Shown: piece after piece, positions 57,233 to 64,000 of the stretch
Layout of the letters: each line of letters opens with the position of its first letter
Numbering within the stretch: position 1 is the first letter of the stretch
NCBI GenBank assembly: GCA_965267575.1
Contig: OZ254086.1
Location: 480,001 to 544,000, forward strand
DNA length: 64,000 nt
Reading direction: 5' to 3'
From: Calditrichales bacterium
GTDB lineage: Bacteria; Calditrichota; Calditrichia; Calditrichales; J004
Notes under the pieces: generated by a model
Databases searched by the model: none
What the model saw: the letters and a program-made list of their open reading frames with translations, nothing else
Told to the model about the DNA's origin: nothing
Program-made: the position numbers and the translations under genes

Positions 57233-57655
57233 ATGGTAAATTTTGATGTTTCGATCAACTATGTGGCATGGGCTGTTGCCGTGGTTCTCTATTATGCAGG
57301 TGGCGCTTTATGGTACTCGCCGGCACTGTTTGGCAAAAGCTGGATGCAGCTTACCGGGCTGACGCCTGAAAAGATGGAAGAGGCTAAAAAAGATGCCTGG
57401 AAATCGTATGTAACGTCGCTGATCTCGGCGCTGATCATCGGTTACGGGCTGGCCCGCCTGATGGCTTATTTGCAGGTGGAGACACTCACGGGCGGCATCA
57501 TCGCCGGGTTGTTTACGTGGATCTCTTTTGTGCTGACCACCATGGCCACCAACAGCAGCTTTTCGCGCCGGCCGGTAAAATTGCTGGTTATCGATTCGGG
57601 CTATCACCTCTATGGTTTCCTGGTGATGGGCGCTATTCTGGGTGCCTGGCAGTAA
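57233..57655 (+). CDS. DUF1761 membrane protein
   Basis: GALWYSPALFGKSW...LIDSGY-like motif; four TM helices. Confidence 0.88.
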   Translation: MVNFDVSINYVAWAVAVVLYYAGGALWYSPALFGKSWMQLTGLTPEKMEEAKKDAWKSYVTSLISALIIGYGLARLMAYLQVETLTGGIIAGLFTWISFVLTTMATNSSFSRRPVKLLVIDSGYHLYGFLVMGAILGAWQ

Positions 57656-57697
57656 GCCCGCCGGAAAAAGAATGAGAATCATCACCCGGATTAAGGG

Positions 57698-57722
57698 AGG
57701 CCGCACTGCTGCGGCCTTTTTT
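57698..57722 (+). terminator. Intrinsic terminator
   Basis: AGGCCGCA-CTGC-TGCGGCCTTTTTT. Confidence 0.8.
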
Positions 57723-57798
57723 ATTTACCGCGCCATAACCGGGGATGATACTAAACATTATTTTTGTATCTTTTGCCGTATTAAAAAACAGGTTGGAT

Positions 57799-58701
57799 AT
57801 GTCTCATAATCACAGTCATTCGCACACGCCTGAAACCAGGGATTTTAATAAAGCCTTTATTATCGGTATTGCGCTGAATATAATCTACATCGTTGTAGAA
57901 GTTACTTACGGGATACTTGTTGATTCGCTGGCCCTGATTGCAGATGCCGGCCACAACCTGAGTGATGTGCTTGGACTGATTCTGGCCTGGGCCGCGAGTT
58001 ACCTGGTCAAAAAATCGGCAACGGATAAATACACCTACGGATTTAAAAAGTCATCGGTGCTGGCTGCGTTTTTAAACGCCATGATTTTGCTGGTGGCCAT
58101 CGGCGTCATTATTTGGGAAGCCATCAACCGGTTCTCCGAGCCGCGTGAAATCCCGGGCACGACCATTATGATCGTAGCCGGAGTCGGTGTTGTAATAAAC
58201 GCGGTGACAGCATGGCTTTTCTTCTCGGGAAGAAAGCATGATCTAAACATCAAAGGCGCTTTTATGCATATGGCGGCTGACGCCGGTATCTCTCTGGGTG
58301 TTGTAATGGTGGGCCTGATCCTGACCTTTACGAATCTGTATTGGCTGGACCCCGTGGTAAGTATTGTCATCGCCCTGATAATTTTCTGGGGTACATGGGA
58401 CCTGCTTAAAGATTCCACCAGCCTCGCCCTGGACGCTGTGCCCAGGGATGTTGATAAAGAGGGCGTGGAAAATTATCTGGACTCTCTTCCCGAGATTGAC
58501 GGCTTTCACGATCTGCACATCTGGGCGATGAGCACAACCGAAACGGCCATGACGGTGCACGTGGTGGTACCTAAAAAAGATGACAGGAACAAACTTATCA
58601 CAAAAATCAGCACTGATCTTCGCGAAAAGTTTGGTATTGTCCATACCACAATCCAGACAGAAGATGCCGGCGAGGAAGAGTGCACCCAAAATCCAATTTA
58701 G
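57799..58701 (+). CDS. Cation diffusion facilitator (CzcD/ZitB-like)
   Basis: His-rich N-terminus; SLALIADAGHNLSD, HMAAD, HDLHIW, HTTIQ. Confidence 0.95.
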   Translation: MSHNHSHSHTPETRDFNKAFIIGIALNIIYIVVEVTYGILVDSLALIADAGHNLSDVLGLILAWAASYLVKKSATDKYTYGFKKSSVLAAFLNAMILLVAIGVIIWEAINRFSEPREIPGTTIMIVAGVGVVINAVTAWLFFSGRKHDLNIKGAFMHMAADAGISLGVVMVGLILTFTNLYWLDPVVSIVIALIIFWGTWDLLKDSTSLALDAVPRDVDKEGVENYLDSLPEIDGFHDLHIWAMSTTETAMTVHVVVPKKDDRNKLITKISTDLREKFGIVHTTIQTEDAGEEECTQNPI

Positions 58702-58716
58702 CGTGGCGGGAAAATC

Positions 58717-59565
58717 TTAGTCACCCGCAAAGGTGTATTGCATGTTTTTGATTTTTCCCCGCCAGTAAGGTAAGCGACCTTGGGGCAGCAGCCAGGCCAC
58801 CTCTCCTTCCGTTGGCACCAGCATGCCGGCGTGTTCCTCATAGGCCCACCATCGTCCTTCCCATGGAACCGGAATAGATTTGCCATCCACGGTTCTGTCG
58901 CGCTGCGCCGCCGAGACGCGTTCCAGCAGATCATCCCCGTTGAAGTGGAAGGTAAGTGTTACTTCATTGAGGCCATCTTGAAAAACACATTTGGCAGATG
59001 TGCTGTCTATTGGCTGCCAGGATAGACCGTTGCCCGGTAATAATACGGTGGGATAGAGCGGCGCCTCAGCCACAAAACGCATCAGTTCGCCGCGGGCAAT
59101 TTCCGCTGTGCCGCGCATTTCCATAACCGTGAATAAGCCAAGCAGCGAGGCTTCCAGGATGCCCTCACCGGCTACGTAAGCATCGTGCACATAAACGGAT
59201 AAACCCGGCATCATGTTGATCTTCGCGTTCCAGACAAAGCCGGGCCGCGATGCCGTTACAGTTTGATCAGCGGAGAAAGGCTTCCACTGCTCGTCTTCCT
59301 GCGACATATTGAATGTGCCGCTTTGCTGCAAATTGAGCGAGGCTACAATCGGCTGACCGCTTTTGAGCACTTTGCCAAGATAGCGTTTCACCGGCTTGGG
59401 CAGCGAATCTGTCATCGATGAGTCATACGCTGAGCGGGTGTTTTGTTGAAGCGATTGGTCAAGCGTTTGAAAAAGCTCCGCGCTTTGGCTCTTCCAGCGC
59501 TGCGTGCCATACAGCACAAAAGTGGCAACAATCACAATCAGAATAAGAAGAATTTTCCACCACAT
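58717..59565 (-). CDS. DUF6544-like protein with N-terminal anchor
   Basis: LPKPVKRYL, WKPFSADQ, PGFVWNA, ELMRFVAEA.LYP, VPTEGEVAW. Confidence 0.75.
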   Translation of the reverse strand: MWWKILLILIVIVATFVLYGTQRWKSQSAELFQTLDQSLQQNTRSAYDSSMTDSLPKPVKRYLGKVLKSGQPIVASLNLQQSGTFNMSQEDEQWKPFSADQTVTASRPGFVWNAKINMMPGLSVYVHDAYVAGEGILEASLLGLFTVMEMRGTAEIARGELMRFVAEAPLYPTVLLPGNGLSWQPIDSTSAKCVFQDGLNEVTLTFHFNGDDLLERVSAAQRDRTVDGKSIPVPWEGRWWAYEEHAGMLVPTEGEVAWLLPQGRLPYWRGKIKNMQYTFAGD

Positions 59566-59758
59566 AATATTACCTCATTACGGTATATCAAGAGTGGAAT
59601 TTAAGCAGGCAAGAGGGAAGGATTCAAAAGAAAATTTGCTGTTTTTATACAATGTCGGAGTGTCATCTCAAAACCATACCAAGACTGAAGGAATCCGGGT
59701 TTTTCCCAAGGAAATCAGTAAGGGAGAATACAATCTCACGTGCGGTCGTGATAACAGT

Positions 59759-59887
59759 GTCATCCCGGTTGGCATGTTTGTGCCACACCGGGATCTTCCG
59801 GTGATCAAGTACAGGATCAAGATCATGATCATGAACAAAGACTTGAATACCTTAACACGCACTTTAACACCTTAACACACTAACACG
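59759..59887. repeat. Composite REP + GATC hexamers + TAACAC octamers (inverse of 40885-41038)
   Basis: GTCATCCCGG...CCGGGATCT at 59759-59796; GATCAA/GATCAT hexamers at 59803-59836; TTAACAC units to 59887. Confidence 0.75.
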
Positions 59888-62800
59888 TTAGTGCGATTCA
59901 TATCCTTTCAACCCGCCTTTGGGCACAATTAATTTGAACGCATCGCTATTGAATTCAATCATCTTGCCCTGCACATTAAGGTATTCCGAGCCGTTCTTTT
60001 TGTACAACGGAATATTGGACAGGTCAAACATCTCGCGCAGGCGCGGCCGGAAATAATCCCATGTTTCATCGTCGATTGCTTCCACTTTGCCGTGCGTGTA
60101 CTGGGCTTCGAGCAGGCGTTCCTCAGGATCAAAAAACAGGAAGCGTCCGCGTGAGGCGCCACCCAGCATTTTGGTTCCCAGGTATGGCCGCTCATTAAAG
60201 TTTAGCCGGCCCTTCTTGTTAAAATGCAAACCGCTAAAGATAAACTGGCCGCCCATCAGCGATTCGCCGGCATACTTGGTGGCAGACCCAAGAATGGTCA
60301 CTTCCAGCGGCTGGCAGCGGCTGTCATTTACGGAGTTGGTCCAGCAGCGGTCGACCACGTTGCCCATAATGAACACCTTGCCGCCTTTGCTGGCATACCC
60401 GCACACTTTGCCGGCGTTGCCAAAGATATAGAGGTTGCCGTGATGCATGCACATAGCCGTAAAGTTCTGCGCGTTGCCGTGCAGGCGTATCGTACCGCCC
60501 TGCATGAAGGCGCCAAAATATTCACCCACCGAGCCGTAGACGTCCATTTCCACATCATCGGTGTTGCCTCTGCCCATTACCGCCGTGGAGATAAGACGCT
60601 GGCCGTGCAGCTTGAAAAGGATGAATCGCCGCCAGCCCAATTCATAGGCGCGGTTCAGAAAGGAAGCCAGCACAAAATCGGGATCGCTGCCCTCCGGCAG
60701 AAAACCCCTGGCATTTACGATCAGTGTTTCATCCTTCGCGGGCTTTTCGTTGAAGGTTACCCCCTGCTCCATGCTGAAATAGCGATAGCCGCGGTAGTCA
60801 TGCTTCGCCGCCCGTTGCAGCAACCTGTTTATATAATACTGCGCCATATCCTGCAATGAGCTGATCGCCTTTTCGCCGGGATCAAGCGTGCACAGATAAT
60901 CACGCAGCCAGGTGAGAATTTCCAGGTTGCGCATAAAAAGGCGGGCGTTTTCCGTTCCATCAACGAGCTGATGCAACAGCCAGTGCAGATCGTTGAAGCT
61001 GAGCGCGGCCAGGTTCTTGGTCATAAAACTGCGGTGATTGTCTTCCCAGCCGCTGAAGTCTTCCTGTGGTTTGTTGAGGATACGGGCACGGCGCACGCTG
61101 TAGTGCAGACCCGCTTCATCCAGTTGCATGCGGTTTCCGTAGCGGTCACAGAATTCGTAATCGTGGATTTTGCTTTTCTCGTCAAAACGGTAGCGGCTGA
61201 TCATGCCGGGGCTGACCGTCGTATGGTCGGCCATTGCGCCATCGATAAGGCCCTCTTTGTCCATCAGGTGAAGCATACGCTGTACCGCCTGCTCTTCCGA
61301 AGCGATCATCGTAAAAGCACGCTTTTTACCGTTGTTCTGATCATGCCAGAATGCGGTCACGTTGGGCCGCAGGTCTGCCGGATCCTTAATGTCCACGCGT
61401 TCGCTGACTTTGCGGTAGGGATCGTGGCGCAGGCACAGGTACTGGTAAGGTCCGTCCGGCGAGCTGGCAAATTCCACGCGCTGCACCGCTTCAAGCTGGG
61501 CGCGCAGTTTTTCATCCACGAGCTCAAGGTCATCGCCGGTGGTAGGTGAAAGACTCTCGAAAATAGCCCAGTCCGGATAACCCCACTCATCAGCGATCAA
61601 ATGGAATTTCAGCGCTGCCACCTCGGTATCGGTACTGGCAAGCGGGTAAAGATTAAACTGCTCCACACGTTGTTTGAGCGCCTCGAAATTGGTGGTTTCC
61701 CCGTTGTGCGTAAGTGCCGTATGCAGCTTGGCAAACGGATGCGAATTCATCTGTTCCACGACGGAGCCGGTGGCCAGACGCACGTGGATGATGTTGTTGG
61801 GCGCATCAGGCGTCTGCCAGGGGATCACGCGGCCGGCCGTTTTCCAGGTGGCGAAGTTTTTGCCGCAACTCATCACCGCGGCAATCTTGTAACTGCGGTC
61901 TTTGTAAAGCTGGCGGTTGCGCTCGTAGGGATAGGTGTTAATAAAGCGGCGCAGGTTGGTCAGCTCCTCTTCGCTGACATTGCCGTCATGGTGCGCGGGA
62001 TGGCCGTCGTCTCCCATCAGGGATGTATCCGCGGCTTCGGAAACATACAAAACCCGCGTCAGGTTCAGTGAATGATCAAAGACATAAAGGTCTTCCGCTT
62101 TTTGAATAAACTCTTCCGACTTTTCATAATTTTCTTTGGTCACATCCGGGAACTGGTGCTCCAGGAATTTTGACCAGTCGTATTTGAGCAGCGTTTTCTC
62201 AATATAATTGTGAACAGCCTCTTTTTTGGCGCGCACAAAGAAACGGAAAATATCACCGGGATCCGTATCGGGATTGCCGAACTCGCGGTAATCCATTTCA
62301 TTGCCCTGTTCATCGCGCTTGTAGGCATCGCGGGCCATCTCCACGCGCGTTTCGCCCACATAGTCAAAATAGGGGTCAAGAAAAACTTTTTTGATTCTTT
62401 CCATCAGCCGGGAGCGCATGAACAGCGTCATCTTGCGCGCTTCTTTGCGCAGATCGTCTTCGCTGAAATCCTGGCCGCTTGTTTGCCACTGCAGGCGCAG
62501 ATTGTTTTCGATCTCCCTCTGTTGTACGCCCTTAACCATAATGCTGTAGGCATAAGCGTCGGGATACTCCGGGAAGCAGAGGGTTTTGGCGATGCCGACG
62601 CCGTCCATGCCGCGGTTTCGCATGGCCTCCAGCGCTTTGTCCAGAATGTAACCCGGAATGGGTTCGGTGCCGTTTACCGCCGCGACACCGCAGTTACTCT
62701 GACCCGTTTCATGTTCCAGGCGTTGCAGAAACAGCTCTTCATCCTTCATGATCGCTTTCTGGATTTCCTTGTTGATGCGGAAGCGGTGGTCCACGCGCTC

Positions 62801-64000
62801 CTTCAGGCCGATCCAGTGGATTTTATCAAAGCGCCCGCGCAGCTCACGGATATCTTTCATGCCCAGCGCCGCCAGCGCGCGCATCACCTGCATCTGCATC
62901 ATGATAAAGGCGTTGATCATCTGCCGCGTGTTGCTGTCCACGTCGCGCAGTTTTTGCATGGTGAGATTGCTGGTGGCAATACCACGGCTGCAGCCGTCGT
63001 GACAGTTGCGGTTGCGGTCGCAGCCCACGCTCACCAGCGAAGCCGTTCCCCAGATAACGCCGTCAGCGCCCAAGGCTACCGCCTTAACCACATCTTCGTA
63101 GGTGCGGATACCGCCGGAGACGACGAACTTGACGTTATTGCGCAGCCCGTCGCGCACCAGCCGGTTGTGGATCAGCGGAATGGCGTATTCCAGGTGCATA
63201 CCCATCTGGCCTTTGATGATGTTAGGGGATGCGCCGGTGCCGCCACGAGGACCATCCAGCCAGACTTCAATCTTCATGCCGTGCTTTTTGGCGTATTCGC
63301 GAATTTCCTGTGAACGCTCGTGGTCTTTGGTGGTGCCGAATTTGGCGCGCACGATTTCATCGGTGTTGTCGCGCGCGATACGAGCCAGGCCGGCGGCAAT
63401 AAACTCAATGTCGATCGACGGTGACACCTTGACAGAAATAACCGCCCCGGGATTGATCATGTGCACCACATCGATGAACGCTTTTACATCTTCAATGGAA
63501 TAGCAGTTGTGGAAGGGAAACGGCGATATAATGCTGCTGTAGCTATGTTTCACCACCGATTCGCAGGCCTGGATAATGTTTTCAAAATCGATTTCGTCAA
63601 TGCTTTTTTCACCGTAAAGGCGATAGACCTCATCCTGGATAGCCAGCAGCGTTTCCTTCAGCTCATCGCTGACGGCGCCTTCCTGCTGCAGCGCGTCCAG
63701 CTTGCGGATGTGCGCCTCAGCCGCCTTTTTCAGGGCATGCTCTTTCTGCTTGCTGATATGGATCAGCCGCTTGATCAGTTTTTCCAGCTGGCTGTTGTCC
63801 AGCTGCTCCAGTCCCTCCACACCACGCAGGTAGGAGACCAGCTTGTTTACCTTTTGTGCCAGGATATGCCCGCCAATACCCATTTTGGCCCCTTGCGAAT
63901 AGGCGATCACCACGCGGCGCGCCTTGCGGATGGTCTGCTTACTGACGCCAAACAGGCCGGTCTTCAGCTCGGTGGAGACAAACGGCTCGTCTTCCTTGTC
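59888..64000 (-). CDS. Glutamate synthase-related multidomain protein (FMN domain - class II GATase - GXGXG), 5'-truncated by window edge
   Basis: Frame open to base 64000 (…STELKTGLFGV…); QGAKMGIGGH, DGPRGGTGASP, SGGIRT, CDRNRNCHDGC; internal SNCGVAA, HVRLAT, HNGE, DTEV, DGPY; C-terminal GAFMQGG/GESLMGG beta-helix. Confidence 0.88.
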   Translation of the reverse strand, partial: DKEDEPFVSTELKTGLFGVSKQTIRKARRVVIAYSQGAKMGIGGHILAQKVNKLVSYLRGVEGLEQLDNSQLEKLIKRLIHISKQKEHALKKAAEAHIRKLDALQQEGAVSDELKETLLAIQDEVYRLYGEKSIDEIDFENIIQACESVVKHSYSSIISPFPFHNCYSIEDVKAFIDVVHMINPGAVISVKVSPSIDIEFIAAGLARIARDNTDEIVRAKFGTTKDHERSQEIREYAKKHGMKIEVWLDGPRGGTGASPNIIKGQMGMHLEYAIPLIHNRLVRDGLRNNVKFVVSGGIRTYEDVVKAVALGADGVIWGTASLVSVGCDRNRNCHDGCSRGIATSNLTMQKLRDVDSNTRQMINAFIMMQMQVMRALAALGMKDIRELRGRFDKIHWIGLKERVDHRFRINKEIQKAIMKDEELFLQRLEHETGQSNCGVAAVNGTEPIPGYILDKALEAMRNRGMDGVGIAKTLCFPEYPDAYAYSIMVKGVQQREIENNLRLQWQTSGQDFSEDDLRKEARKMTLFMRSRLMERIKKVFLDPYFDYVGETRVEMARDAYKRDEQGNEMDYREFGNPDTDPGDIFRFFVRAKKEAVHNYIEKTLLKYDWSKFLEHQFPDVTKENYEKSEEFIQKAEDLYVFDHSLNLTRVLYVSEAADTSLMGDDGHPAHHDGNVSEEELTNLRRFINTYPYERNRQLYKDRSYKIAAVMSCGKNFATWKTAGRVIPWQTPDAPNNIIHVRLATGSVVEQMNSHPFAKLHTALTHNGETTNFEALKQRVEQFNLYPLASTDTEVAALKFHLIADEWGYPDWAIFESLSPTTGDDLELVDEKLRAQLEAVQRVEFASSPDGPYQYLCLRHDPYRKVSERVDIKDPADLRPNVTAFWHDQNNGKKRAFTMIASEEQAVQRMLHLMDKEGLIDGAMADHTTVSPGMISRYRFDEKSKIHDYEFCDRYGNRMQLDEAGLHYSVRRARILNKPQEDFSGWEDNHRSFMTKNLAALSFNDLHWLLHQLVDGTENARLFMRNLEILTWLRDYLCTLDPGEKAISSLQDMAQYYINRLLQRAAKHDYRGYRYFSMEQGVTFNEKPAKDETLIVNARGFLPEGSDPDFVLASFLNRAYELGWRRFILFKLHGQRLISTAVMGRGNTDDVEMDVYGSVGEYFGAFMQGGTIRLHGNAQNFTAMCMHHGNLYIFGNAGKVCGYASKGGKVFIMGNVVDRCWTNSVNDSRCQPLEVTILGSATKYAGESLMGGQFIFSGLHFNKKGRLNFNERPYLGTKMLGGASRGRFLFFDPEERLLEAQYTHGKVEAIDDETWDYFRPRLREMFDLSNIPLYKKNGSEYLNVQGKMIEFNSDAFKLIVPKGGLKGYESH

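Overview
A 64-kb bacterial chromosomal segment, most likely from an FCB-superphylum organism (Calditrichota-like; inferred from QNxPNPFN C-terminal sorting domains, TTTG-N19/20-TAnnTTTG promoters and clear Shine-Dalgarno sites). It carries a cobalamin-riboswitch-controlled btuB/btuG-like operon, housekeeping genes (mpg, trxB, rplU-rpmA, rng, apbE, yajQ, gcvP), a WYL regulator/DinB module with a visible operator, a DUF4160/DUF2442 pair, envelope and glyco-modification genes, and a truncated glutamate-synthase-like gene with permuted domain order. Intergenic regions hold several REP-like palindrome families and short tandem arrays. The most striking locus is a four-gene operon (47881-55318): a membrane-anchored STAND-like ATPase with an exported domain, an outer-membrane beta-barrel, a stand-alone STAND-like ATPase, and a Ser/Thr kinase-adenylate cyclase-STAND ATPase fusion. 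This is a candidate trans-envelope signalling or conflict system. No rRNA, tRNA, CRISPR array or transposase was seen. All family calls come from motif recognition, not database searches.
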